A stretch of 64,000 nt of DNA. Origin: Octopus vulgaris (Eukaryota). The stretch is from positions 113,336,001-113,400,000 of the forward strand of contig OX597815.1 of assembly GCA_951406725.2 (NCBI GenBank). Direction: 5' to 3'. Every line of letters starts with the position of its first letter. Within the stretch, counting starts at the first letter, position 1. The position numbers and the translations under genes are program-made. Positions 23,330-36,623 of this stretch are shown one piece after another. The notes beneath the pieces were generated by a model that worked only from the letters and a program-made list of their open reading frames with translations, searched no databases and was not told the origin of the DNA.

Positions 23330-25369
23330 CCATATAATCATACATATATGGGTACAGGACATCACCAGTGATGCAAGTAACATGAAATACATTGTGAACA
23401 AATGCATTGTAAACAAACTTAAAATCATAGCCATATTATAAGTGATATAAAATGATCAGGATTCAACAAGAGATTGAACCTATGTCCCACAACTCTACTA
23501 TTGCTTCATCTTTACTCAACAGAATCAAAATATGATTATTAAAACAAGAAAATGAATAAGTTAAAGAAAATAAATGGATGCCATAAGGCTGTAAAAAGCA
23601 CAAAGAAACCCCTCATCAGAGATACACTAGCAGGAGAGGAAGAATATAATAGGAACTTTGTGTGACATTCTACAAATTTATAGAACGTAACATTTGTTTC
23701 AAAATTACATTTTATATTGCTTGTCTATGTAGCATCAACTGAGCAAAAATGCCACTCCCATTTCCTGCTCTTTGCTATTGGTATTTAACCCTAGGTCAGC
23801 CATGATCACCCTTGTTATATGTTTATTGAAAATATATTGGTTTCAAATTTTGGCACAAGGCCAGCAAGTTTGGGGGAGGGGTTAAGTCAATTACATCGAC
23901 TTCAGTGCTTAACTAGTACCTATTTTATCTACCCTGAAATGATGAAAGGCAAAGTTAACCTCAGCAGAATTTTAACTCAGAACACAATGAAGGATGAAAC
24001 GGCACTAAGAATTTTGCTCAATATGCAAATGATTCTGCCAGCTCATCTATTTTTCAAAATTTAATTGGAATATATGGACAATATATATTTTCATTAGAAG
24101 TCATTCATCATCATTTCTAATGAAAATATATTGTCCAAATATTTCAATTAAATTTTTTTTTGAATAATCAAGAATTTCAAAGGATATAATATAAAAATAA
24201 CTTTTGCATTAATAAAAGGATATTTGGAACATAACTTTAGAATAGGTTCTCACATAGATTTTTTTTATATCCTGCCACAGGGTGGTATAGATGAATTATG
24301 CAGTAGAGGTTTAATCATTTAATCAATGTGCTCAGACGATGTGCTTTGCAAGACTACCAAAACGCTTTCTCTGACTTCTACTCTTTATAAGAGTTCAGCT
24401 AGTCTATTTTCCAATTCGCCAGGGGTATCAATGACTCTCACCACAACGTCTCCCCACTTTCAGGTTGACTTCCATTGAAAGTTAATATTATTTTCATTTA
24501 TCTTATTTTTCTAGTATATTTACACACTATCGGCCTTTTCACACAGTATTGGCCTGGAATTTGAAATTTGGGGTTTGAATTTTTATTTCTTTTTTATGTT
24601 GTTACTTTTATATCCTGATGACTCATTGCCAGATGCTGTAACATAAGTGTTACCTGACTCTTAGGTTGTATTGTTCGTTTTTTGCACACAACACTCTTGT
24701 TTTATGTTCTAATAAGCACTCTTGTTTTTCATTTGAACGGACTTTAGTGCGATTTTTTTATCCCAAGAACACATCTCCTCTAACTGGTTAACACTGCACA
24801 GCTGTATCCGATATATTGTGAACAGGGAATTAATCTCTTACCACATTTTAGCAATGGAACCAACACACAGTAATTCGAACAACTACCATTATGGTAAATT
24901 ACATGTTCAGTGCAAGTTCAATGTGGAACTAACACACTGACTCTTACTGGCCTCTAGCAAAACTCTTCAATGACTTCTGCTGACTTGCCACCTTTTCACG
25001 GGACATGATAGGTATTTTACAGGTGATAATTTGACTGCCAAGCACACAACCTCTACCAGCTTTCACCAATTTCTCTATGTCCCAGTGCATGTAACAGGTT
25101 GTACTGGATTACATGTTACCAGTAGCACCCATAAAAGCTTCCTGACCAGTGCAACAGGTTGTACTGAGTTACATCTTACCTGTAGCACCCAAGAGCAACC
25201 TGACATTGTAGTGAGGTAGCATTATGACCCTCTGTGCATACATAATCGCATTATCACATATCGAATACAAATTCGAAACTATTTTACGTCCAGCCACACA
25301 AATTTTTTTTTCTTCTGATCTCACTATTTTTTTCATTTTTATGATAAACTTGTCCATCTCTGCCTTAAT

Positions 25370-25957
25370 TTATATTTCCTTCAATGTCACTGGCAATTCA
25401 CGCACAACATTGTGCAATATATTTTTTATTTCATTTTTGACTTTTAATGCCGCTATCACTGTGTCTTCTAGTAGTTTGCTGAATTTTGGTATTAGACTTG
25501 ACAAATCATCTGCATGTCCCAATTTTTTCAATGGCAAATATTCCATCTTGAAATCATAATTCAGTAGGATCGTTCCCCAGCATTGCAATCTGTTGGCCAT
25601 ATGAGTGAAAATACCCTTTATTGATCCATAGATTGACAGTAATGGGCGGTAGTCTGCCTGTAGACAAAACCTTCTTCCATCTATAAATTTATGGAATTTT
25701 CTGACTGCAAATATGATGACTAATGCCTCTTTTTCTATTTGACTGTAGCTTTTCTCAGCCGGCAATAATGAACGCAAAGCATGAGCTACTGCTTTCAGGT
25801 TACCATATTCATACTTGTGTAAAATCACAGTTCCAATACCACTTTCACTAGCATCTGCTGCTGCTATTATTTCTAAATTCAGGTCAAAATGTGATAATGA
25901 CAATTCCGACATTAAAACATTTTTAATTTTTTCAAATGGTTTTTGGCATCTGTCCAA
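25370..25957 (-). pseudogene. Gypsy pol RNase H domain remnant
   Basis: ADASESGIGTVI, YSQIEKEALVIIFAVRKFHKFI, DYRPLLSI, ANRLQCWGTILLNYDF, GHADDLS motifs. Confidence 0.92.
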
Positions 25958-26116
25958 CTAGTTTCATTTAATGTCTTTTTTTAATAGGTTATTCGGGGGT
26001 GCTCTTAAATCGTGTATATTTGGTATGTATACCTGGCAGTAATCTGAAAGCCCCCAAAATGCTTGGAACATTGAATTTATAATCCTCTGGCATTCTTGAG
26101 CCACTGCCTGTAGAGT

Positions 26117-26737
26117 TCATTTTTGGTCCTGCTCTAATTTTGTAAATATATGGGAATGTATATCAGCATCTTTTCTTGTTGTTAACCCTTGAACAAAAAT
26201 TAGACATTTGAACAAATCCAGGGTTAATTCATTTAATTTAGACTTTTCACACTTTCTGTTAACGAATCCAGCATAGGCGATGAAATCTTCATCCTTTTTA
26301 ACTAAATTTAAACATTGCCAATGAGTATTGAACAGGGCACTTCTTTCACGGAAAATTCTCAGTAACAAATTAACTGTTTCATTGAGACAAATCTCACCTG
26401 GTTTCTTTGGCAGAATATAGTTACAGTATCTTTCATGTAAGGCAGGAGATAACTTTCTTAAAAGTAGTTGCACCTTCTTCTTGTTATTCCAATTTTTACA
26501 TTCTTCTTTGAAGAATTTTTTGTATCTTATAAAATATGAAGAAAAAGTTGTACCTTCTTCTAGGTTATAAATAAATTCTTCAATTGAACTTGCTACACTG
26601 TCTGATGAGAATGAACCTGAAGTATTTTCAGACTTCTTCAACATTACTTTCAGTAATTGTTGGTATTGTTGTAGTTGTTGTTGTAACTGCTGTCATTGCT
26701 GTTGCAATTGCATCATTTGGGCCAACAAGTCTTACAT
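26117..26737 (-). pseudogene. Gypsy gag remnant
   Basis: Gln-rich N-terminus with stops, then EEFIYNLEEGTTFSSYFIRY..KVQLLLRKL..HERYCNYILPKKP..LFKCLIFVQGL. Confidence 0.85.
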
Positions 26738-27454
26738 GTTAAATGATTTTTTCTTTGCTTTTGTACCAAAAAAAAAAAGAAATTAAACGTTCTATGCAAG
26801 CTTTGAATATCTCATCACCACTTTCATATCCTGCCACAGGTTGGTATAGATAAATTATGCAGCAGCAGTTTAATCAATGTGTTCACACGATGTACTTTGT
26901 GAGACTGCCAAAATGGTCTTTCTGACTACTACTGACCTCTACTTTTTAAAAGAGTTCACCTAGTCTATTCTCCAATCCGTTAGGGGTGTCAATGGCTCTT
27001 TCCACAACAAATTTTAATTTAAGTATGAAAATTTTAGAATTACGGGTTTTGTGTCATAGAGCAGAAGTAGACCCAAAGAGTCTGATTTGTTTCAGTGAAT
27101 GTGTTTCATTGAGAAAGAGAGAGAAAGAAAGAGAAAGTGAGTGAATATTAAAAAGAAACACTCAATCAGAATTTCAATGCTTGGCATTTCTGTCATTATT
27201 TTTATCATGTAATTCTGAAATCTAAAGATTAAAACATATGGTATTCATTTGATAGGCTATAAATAAGGGATTTACTGAAACTTGGCTGCTACACTGAGCT
27301 TATCAAGTGTCTACATTGAAGCTCCACTACTAACTAACCCCACCCTCTTTTTTTTTTTTGCATAGTTAACTTTTTAATGAGCATCTAAGCCAATAAATAT
27401 ATGTTCCGTATAATCCCTGCTCTTTTGTAAATTTGTAGTATCATCCAACCATTA

Positions 27455-27904
27455 TCTCTTATTATAAAAGGCAGATTTTATCTGCCTCCCTTTGGGAGTT
27501 ATAGAAATCTACAATATAGGATTTCTTCAATTACAATTTACCTGGCATTTTTGAGAGTACAATGCATCGCGTCATGCCAGGTCCAGTTTTTAAATTTAAA
27601 CTCCAATTAAGCAAAATTTACAGAAAACTCACATTCTGGTGTGTGTGTCAAATGCTTTTCTTAGTCTGGTTTACACCACACGCAAACGCACACACACAGT
27701 GGGCAACGAATAAAATGAAAGTAAATAGCGACAGAGTGATTTGAGGAAGACTAAAGTGAAAGTATTCTGTCTATGACGCTGATAGATATATGAGTAAAAT
27801 GTATGGGAAGCTAAGAGCTAAGAGTGAGTGAAAATGTTCTTGGAAGAGAGTAATTAGTAATAAAGTAAACATACACTCATACATACATACATACATACAT
27901 ACAT

Positions 27905-27935
<31 letters not shown>

Positions 27936-27960
27936 TACACACACACATACATACACACAC

Positions 27961-27991
<31 letters not shown>

Positions 27992-28154
27992 CATACATAC
28001 ATACATATACATACATACATACACACACACACATACACACACACACAGTATTGAAGCTTGAGAACAATCAGATACATTTGCAACACATCTGTTGAAAATA
28101 TTATTGTTCACACACATACATATACATATATACATACAGACAGACAGACAGATA

Positions 28155-28188
<34 letters not shown>

Positions 28189-29258
28189 ATCCAGCATGGC
28201 CACAACCTCAAGGCTGAAACATATAAAAGAATAACAGAATATAAATGTGTGCAAAGTACAAGAAATATTAATGCAGTATATGGGGATTGGACAATAAGCG
28301 TAAGGCAGTGTCAATGGTGGTTCCAGAAATCCCGAGCCATAAACTACAGCCTAGAAGACGAGCCTCATCCTGAAAGATCTGTAGAACTCGACAAGGACAT
28401 CCTGAAAACCCTGGTGGAACAAAATATCATCGTAACTGTTGAGGAACTAGCAGAGAAGCTTGGATTTGGTCATTCAACCATTCATTGACACCTGTGTGCT
28501 ATCGGAAAAGTCAGCAAATTGGGTCAATGGGTTCCTCATGAACTTTCCGAGTCTAATTGCATGCAGAGAGTGAATGTATGCTTTTCTTTGCTGTCATATC
28601 TCACCACTACTGCGCTATGTATATCTATATATATAAAACTGTAGTTGTGTGAGTGTCTGTCCCCTTCGATTTAGATTCCTAACTACTCCCACATTTTGCG
28701 GTACAGTTTAACCAAATTCGGGTAGCTTATAGTCGTGATTCATATCGAGCCCGTCTGAATATTAGCGCGCGTCTACGATGAGTCTACGATTTTAAAAATA
28801 ATTTAACATCATTTTTTATTCCATTTTAATGCATAATTTTTCGTGTGTCGATGGCGGCGGAGTTGGCGTCCACGCTCACACCTGCACCTGTGGGGAAGGG
28901 TGTGTAAGGAAATCAACGTCGTAATGCGTTGTCAAGGAGACCAGTGTTCTTTTAGAACAACGACTTCATGGCTTGAAGACACCAAAACAGAAATGGCTAA
29001 GAAAGCGTCTACATGAGTCTACGATTTAAAAAAAAATTTACCATCGTTTTTTTCCATTTTAATGCATTTTTTCGCTATTATATAAGGGAAGTAACTCTCT
29101 AAAAATGTCTACGATGAGTCAACGATTTAAAAAAAATTTACCATCATATTTTTTCCATTTTTAATGCATTTTTTGCTATTTTTTGGCTATAACTCTCTAA
29201 AAATGCTTATATAGTTATTTCCCTTACAAACCCGAGCAACGCCGGGCGATACTGCTAG
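27455..29258 (+). mobile_element. Composite Helitron unit 1 (5' end at 27455, second 5' end at 28624, 3' hairpin plus CTAG)
   Basis: A|TCTCTTATTATAAAA; A|TCTATATATATAAAA at 28624; CCCGAGCAACGCCGGG..CTAG at 29231-29258. It is uncertain whether 27455-28623 belongs to the same unit. Confidence 0.7.
28236..28600 (+). pseudogene. Mariner transposase N-terminal fragment
   Basis: STRNINAVYG..ISVRQCQWWFQK..YSLEDEP...TVEELAEKLG..HSTIH*HL.AIGKVSKLGQWVPHELSE (WVPHEL motif). Confidence 0.9.
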
Positions 29259-29622
29259 TCTCTTATTATAAAAGGCAGATTTTATCTGCCTCCCTTTGGG
29301 AGTTATACAAATCTACAATATAGGATTTCTTCAATTACAATTTACCTAGCAATTTTAAGAGTACAATGCATCGCGTCATGCCAGGTCCAGTTTTTAAAAT
29401 TTAAACTCCAATTAAGCAAAATTTACAGAAAACTCACATTCTGGTGTGCGTGTCAAATGTTTTCTTAGTCTGGTTTACACCACACGCAAACGCACACACA
29501 CACAAAGGGAGCGAATTGTTTCACTGACGCTATCACCCTTCTCCTCCTTTGTTTTGCAAGTTGGCAGCTATTAAAGTGAAAACAGTGAATCCGACAGCGA
29601 TAAAGAAAACGAATTGGTACCT

Positions 29623-29885
29623 GAATGGAGTGAAAATTTAAAAACTGTTTCTTTCGGTGAGTTTTCTGAAGAAACTGGACCAAGCCACTGACTTTCCCAG
29701 AAGAGTAAAGCCTTAGACTATTTCTATTTACTTTTTCGAATGAGCCTATTTGAAATCATTACGCTAAACGTAAACAAACCGAAAGAAAGGATAGTTTGTT
29801 ATTTCCCACAATCTTAAATGAAATTAAGGCCTATTTTGCCATAAATATTATTATGGGTATCAGAAAGTTACCCAGAATAACAAAT
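29623..29885 (+). pseudogene. piggyBac (PGBD-like) transposase fragment
   Basis: FSEETGP..SKALDYFYLLF..LFEII / YAKRKQ..PTILNEIKAYFAINIIMGIRKLPRIT matches the conserved piggyBac region preceding the YW motif; one stop and one frameshift. Confidence 0.8.
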
Positions 29886-30348
29886 TCTATCGTAAAATTT
29901 TGTTGTATACCCAATTGAATATTAGCTAATAACCCATTTTCTATAGCGATGTTTGAACAAAATTTTAATAATTTTACAGAAAGTTACCCAGAATAACAAA
30001 TTCTATCGTAAAATTTTGTTGTATACCCAATTGAATATTAGCTAATAACCCATTTTCTATAGCGATGTTTGAACAAAATTTTAATAATTTTACAGAAAGT
30101 TACCCAGAATAACAAATTCTATCGTAAAATTTTGTTGTATACCCAATTGAATATTAGCTAATAACCCATTTTCTATAGCGATGTTTGAACAAAATTTTAA
30201 TAATTTTACAGAAAGTTACCCAGAATAACAAATTCTATCGTAAAATTTTGTTGTATACCCAATTGAATATTAGCTAATAACCCATTTTCTATAGCGATGT
30301 TTGAACAAAATTTTAATAATTTTACAGAAAGTTACCCAGAATAACAAA
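29861..30348 (+). repeat. Tandem repeat, 116-bp unit x4 plus 24 bp
   Basis: CAGAAAGTTACCCAGAATAACAAA recurs at 29861, 29977, 30093, 30209 and 30325; units appear identical. Confidence 0.95.
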
Positions 30349-31012
30349 CGAGCCCTTCTGGGTATTAGCGCGCGTCTACGATGAGTCTACGATTTAAAAA
30401 AAAATTACCATCATATTTTTCCATTTTAATGCATTTTTTCGCTTTTATATAAGGGAAGTAACTCTCTAAAAATATCTACGATGTGTCAACGATTTAAAGA
30501 AAAATTTACCTTAATTTTTTTTCAATTTTTAATGCATTTTTTTGCTACTTTTTGGCTATAACTCTCTGAAAATGCTTATATAGTTATTTCCCTTACAAAC
30601 CCGAGCAACGCCGGGCGATACTGCTAGTTCAGTATATAAACCCTTTTGTAACATTATTATGCTGATGAAAAATTCTGTCCGCATGTTTCAATTAATTTTG
30701 GAAATAATCAACGAAAGATTTGCTAAAATAATTTATTTCGTTGCTAAACTGATATTTATTTGGAACATAACTTGAAAACATTTTATGTAAAATTACGACA
30801 GTGGACTTTATTTAAATATATACAGCTTAGAACAAGTGGCTTTGTCTCAAAGACAGAAGCTGTTTCAGATGGGTTAGTATTAAAAGAGTTAAGTATTTTA
30901 TTGATTAAGCACCATTAAAAAATACATAACAACCTACACACAAGGATGTTGGAATGTTATTCTTTTTATCAATTCTAGTTTTTTAGCTAATAAATTCTTG
31001 CTTTGTCTTTCT

Positions 31013-31072
<60 letters not shown>

Positions 31073-31418
31073 TGTAATCTTTTATCTTTTACTTGTTTCA
31101 GTCATTAGACTGCAGCCATGAAGAATTTTTAATTGAATGAATTGACTGCAGTACTTTTCTAAAAAAATTTGGTACTTATTTTGTAGGCCTCTTTTGCCGG
31201 GGAACAAAGACCACACACACACTCACTCGCACACACACATGTGATAGGCTTCTTACAATTTTCTGTCTTCCAAATCTACTCACAAGACTTTGGTCAGCCT
31301 GAGGCTATAATAGAAGACACTTGTCCAAGGTGCCACACAGTGAGACTTGAACCTGGAACCATGTGGTTGGGAAACAAACTTCTTACCACATAGTCGTGCC
31401 TGCGCATATGTGTGTGTA

Positions 31419-31457
<39 letters not shown>

Positions 31458-31825
31458 CACCACTTAAAAGTGGATGTGGCATTAGAACACAGAATATTGC
31501 AATAGTTACCATGTGAGGACCTCCCATGGATTAGTGGTGCATACAAGCACTCATGTTTATATCACTAGCAGGAGATAATCAACCACCATTGCTGCAACCA
31601 GGGCTACCATACCATGTGATTTAAGCCTTCATTGGCCCTGTCAGTGGTAGACACCCGAAAGCTGAAAATAGCTTATAAAAAATATATATAAATATTTTGA
31701 AATAGGAAATTCTTTCAAGACATCCTGTTGAGAAAGTGACTCATTGCTTAGGTCATTTATTTGATTTAAGCAGTTATGACATTTAAGTATCCTGTTTTTT
31801 AAATATTTTTTTAATAGGAATTAAC

Positions 31826-33590
31826 TTGTGCCAGGTAGAAGCTCCACTGATACTATATTTCTGGTAAGGCAACTGCAGAAGATAAACCTATGTACTTAGC
31901 TCTTGTTGACTTAGAGAAAGCCTTTGACAGGGTCCCCTGATCCCTTATCTGGTGGTCAATGTGGAAACTAGGGATAGACAAATGGTTGGTAAGAGCTGCA
32001 AAAGCCTGTACAGGGATACTGTCAGTAAGGTGAAGGTTGGCAACAAGTATAGTGAAGAATTCCAGGTAGAAGTAGGGATTCAGTCCTCAGCCCCCTCTTA
32101 TTCATCATAGTCCTCCAGGCAATAACAGGGGAATTCAAGAAAGGCTGCCCCTGGAAGCTCCTCTGTGCTGATGACCTTGCTCTAATAGCTGAGTCACTAC
32201 CAGAACTAGAGATGAAGTTTCAGGTGTGGAAGCATGGTCTAGAATCGAAGGGCCTTAGAGTCAATCTAGCAAAAACCAAAGTCCTAATAAGAAGGAAGTG
32301 AGACAAATCACAAACCTCTCCAGGTAGATGGCCCTGCTTAATCTATAGAAAAGTCATAGGTAGAAACTCCATAAGATATACACGGTATTAGCTATGGACA
32401 CATAAGAGGTGCAGCAATATCAAAGGATGATTAACCAAGATGGTAGTTTTTGTGTGTGGCAGATGCTCAGGGACAATAAACACCAAAGATGTACAGAAAA
32501 CAGATTCCATCACATGCCAGGGGGAGAGACTAGAAGTAGTAGATAGCTTCCTCTTCCAAGATGACCAAGTTTGTAGTGGGGGGTGGATGCTTTGAGAGCA
32601 TAGCCGTTAGAATAAGAACAGCCCAGGCAAAGTTCAGAAAGCTCCTACCTCTGCTGATAACAAAGGGCCTCTCACTTAGACTGAAAGCTAGACTGTATGA
32701 TGCATGTGTGTGAACAGCCATGCTACACATCAGTGAAATATGGACCATGATTGCTGAGGACATACGTAGGCTTGAAAGAAATGAAGCTAGTATGATCCAC
32801 TGGATGTGTAATGTCAGTGTGCATACATGACAGAGTGTAAGCGCCCTGAGAGAAAAGTTGGACATAAGAAGCATCAGATGTGGTGTGCAAGAGAGACAAC
32901 TGCGATGGTATAGTCATGTACTGCATATGGATGAGGACAGCTATGTGAAGTGTCACACCACAACAGTGGAAGGAACCTATGGAAGAGGTAGACCCAGGAA
33001 GACACGGGGTGAGGTGGTGAAGCACAACCTTTGAACATTGGACCTCGCAGAGGCAATGACAAGAGACCAGGACCTTTGAAGATATACTGTGATTGAGAAG
33101 ACCCAGCAAGTAAAATGAGATCACAGCTGTGGCCAATACAAGTATCGCATAGCCAACCCATTTAAAAGTACCCTTGAACCGTTGGGCAATACACTGTGCT
33201 TGAGAAGACCTCTTGAGTCAAGTGAAATCGTAGTCGTATTGGATGGCAATATGCCTGACTGGCACCCATGCTAGTGGTACGTAATAAGCACCATTCAAGC
33301 ATGAGTTGATGCCAGTACCACCTGACTGGCTCCCCGTATTAGTGGCATATAAAAAGCACCATTTGGCGTGGTCAATACCAGTGCTGCCTGACTGACTTCT
33401 GTGCCAGTGGCACATAAAAAGCACATGCTATACTCTCGGAGTGGTTGTCATTAGGAAGGGCATCCAGCCATAGCAACCATGCTAAATTAGACTGGAGTCT
33501 GGTGCAGCCCCTCAGCTTATCAGCCCTGGTCAAACTGTCTAACCCATGCCTGCATGGACAACAGATGTTAAATGATGATGATGATAATGA
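31826..33590 (+). mobile_element. 5'-truncated, degenerate RTE-clade LINE (RT domain plus 3' UTR)
   Basis: VPGRSSTDTIFLVRQLQ, YLALVDLEKAFDRVP, LSPLLFIIVLQ, LLCADDLALIA, GLRVNLAKTKV motifs with stops and frameshifts; 3' UTR ends in (TGA)n. Confidence 0.93.
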
Positions 33591-34490
33591 TTATTATTAT
33601 TGAAGTGAGCTGGCAGAATTGTTACTGCACCAGACAAAATGCTTTGTAGCATTTCTCCTAACTCTTTACATTCTGAATTCAAATACTTTCAAAGCCAACT
33701 CTACCTTTACATTTTTGTAGGATCAGTGGAATAAGTACCAGTTTAGTATTGGGGTCAATGTAATCAACTAACTCCCTCCACCAAAATTTCAGGCCTTGTG
33801 TCTATAGTAGTATTATAATTATCATTATTATTATTCTTTCAAAGAGGATAACAAAATATACAATTTAAATCAATGGCCCAACCCTCTGATTTCTTTTGCT
33901 TTTTGGAGCACACATGCACATTCATATGTCTACACACATATGTAGATGTGCATATGTAGTTGTATGTTTGTAAGAATGTGTGTGTGTGTATGCATGTGTG
34001 TGTACATGACTGGCATCTGTGCTAGTGAAGTGCTAAGAGCACCATCCAAGCGTGACTGTTGCCAGAGTTACTAACTGGCTTCCATGCTGGTGGCACATAA
34101 AAAGCATCATTCAAGCATGATCATTACTAGCGTCGCCTTACTGGCACTTGTTCTGGTGGCACGTGAAAAAATATTCAGCGAGGTTGTTGCCAGTGGCACG
34201 TAAAAGCATCCACTGCACTCTCGGAGTGGTTGGCATTAGGAAGGGCATCCAGCTATAGAAACTCTGCCAGATCAGATTGGAGCCTGGTGCAGCTATCTGG
34301 TTTGCCAGTCCTCAATCAAATATTCCAACCTATGCCAGCATAGAAAGCAGACGTTAAACGATGATGATTATGATGATGATATATATATATGTTTTGCTAA
34401 ATTTTTCTGGAGAACATTTCTTAGTGGTAAGACCATAGCGGATCTATTTCTAGCATAAGGGTGTCCACATAGTGGTTTCCCTCTAATATG

Positions 34491-34530
<40 letters not shown>

Positions 34531-36142
34531 TGTGTGTATGTGTGTGTGTGTGTATATATATAACATCCTAATGCATACAAGTCAGTACACCTGCCCACAA
34601 GCAACCATGCATGAATAATTGCATATTATTTGCATATAGACATGTACTGTTTTATATGAATAAGAATGTACTTGAATGCAGACTTGTTGTTTATTTAAGA
34701 AATAACTTTTGACAATTTCATAGACATCAGGAAGTTATATTTTATGTTTGAATGAATTACCACTAAAAATATAACCATTTTTAGCAGAGTGAAAAAGAAG
34801 CATATTAATCTTGTTTAAATCCCATTTTTAATATGAAATATTGCAAAGACTTGGCCAGCCTATCCCAAAAACCAATTTAGCTAGATTCATTTGTTTAAAT
34901 TGTTCATATTTCTTTAAAGTTTGTTTCTTTGTTATTTTGAGTTGAGAATGGATTTTTCTGTGGAAGAAGAGAATGGGGTGTGTGAAAATATGTGACAAAA
35001 TCAATGAATGCAATAAATAGCATTTATTCTTGAATTTCTCAAACTCACATGTTTTTCATTTAGTTTTTTTTTTTTTTTTTTTGTCTGTTTCATTTTAATT
35101 TTAAATATTTGTCTTGTTATATATAGCTTTATAAGGTTGTTCCTTCTGATTTTCAAACCAAGCCTTATAATAGTAAAACTTCAGTTGATAGGCAATGAAA
35201 CCATTAGCACCATTTAACACTGTTCTTATTTACATCACCACTCCTACCAGTATCAAAACAAAATACCATTTATTCATCCACCCCATACATACATACATAC
35301 ATACATACATACATACATACATACATACATACATACATGTGTATGTATATATATATATATTTGTGAGTGCATCAAGTAAAATAGATCCTTTTAGTTTTAC
35401 CAGGAACTTAACAATCATTGCCATTCTATTACTACCATTTCACTTCCTGTAACCCTTTCAGCATCTTTGCATGCACCACCCTCACTGTTACTCTCATCAC
35501 TTCCACACCCAACATTACAATGTCATTCCATAACTCCCACCAGTTTTGTTATGATCATCATCATCCACCACTATACTGCTGTCGTTACCATTATCGTCTC
35601 TACCACAACTGCCCTTATCCAGCTAGCCAGATCGTTATCATCATCATCATCGCCATTATCATCATCATCACCATCATTCCTTCAGTGACACTCCTTTTGC
35701 TGCAACTACCAACGCCATTTCAATTACAATACATATCTGATATTTTCTCTACTTCAATCAACAGCACCTAAACAATTGCTCAATTACATATCAAAGAAAC
35801 ATGACACCGTGTCCTAACTAGTGATGAACAACGTTTAAACCTTTACAAAAATTAGGCAGGCATCGCATTTCTGCAAGGTCTTTCATTGCAGCCACATATT
35901 TGTAGCATTACCAAAACTTTATTCCAATCTCTTAGGTTTTCTCTTCACAACCAGAAATGGGCTAAGCAGGTTCAGACTTTATAATGTAGATAAAAATCAG
36001 CTAAGAGAAATAACTCAGTGGCATGTATTTAAACAATATAGACAAATACAGTTATATGCAGTACCATACAATGTAAATTCCTGATTTATTAAAATTTTCT
36101 TCACTTCTACACAATGTGTCATAATTGCCAAATGGTATTTAA

Positions 36143-36623
36143 CCCATTGCCTTCTAAAAACAGTTTCACTGCCATTTGTTCATTGTATTTAAAGTGAATT
36201 GCTTATCTACATTGCATTTGCAAAGGTGTGTTTAACAATATTTAGTAGTTAAAGTTTGTCATTATAAGCTCTGGTTAATTCTAGAGAACATTTTATGTCA
36301 TAAATCACAATTTTTGAACTACAAAAATATTGACTGTTTTGAAAACAGTTTTTTTTTTTTTTGCATTTCCCATCTATATCATTCATTGATATTTCACACA
36401 CATTCGCATTTGATACTATAATTTCAAAAAAACTAAAATGTTAATTATTGCGAATAGAAAAGGATAAATATGCTCTTTTTGAGTGATCCTTATTTGGGAC
36501 TTTTCGAAAAATTTATCATAATTTCCAAAATAATTCACATATGAAGAAAATACTATATATTATTTTAACTCCTAAGACACCTGGCAAAAAAAATATGAAT
36601 AAAAAAATTTGGCAATTAATGGG
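36143..36623. mobile_element. Possible piggyBac-type MITE
   Basis: TTAA|CCCATT ... AATGGG|TTAA ends; only short TIRs. Confidence 0.5.

Larger units (their letters stand above)
24267..27009 (-). mobile_element. Internally deleted Gypsy (Mag-like) LTR retrotransposon
   Basis: Two diverged LTRs of about 180 bp (24267-24448, 26826-27009; 5' TG on minus); PBS-like TGGTGATGAG; PPT AAAGTGGGGAGA; gag, RNase H and integrase Zn-finger remnants. Protease, most of RT and the integrase core are absent. Confidence 0.92.
29259..30627 (+). mobile_element. Helitron unit 2 with captured piggyBac fragment and internal tandem array
   Basis: 5' about 245 bp nearly identical to 27455-27700; 3' about 280 bp shared with unit 1; ends CCCGAGCAACGCCGGG..CTAG|T. 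Confidence 0.85.

Noticed and set aside
29861-30348. CRISPR-like periodicity
   Set aside because: The units are fully identical with no unique spacers; eukaryotic context and no cas genes.
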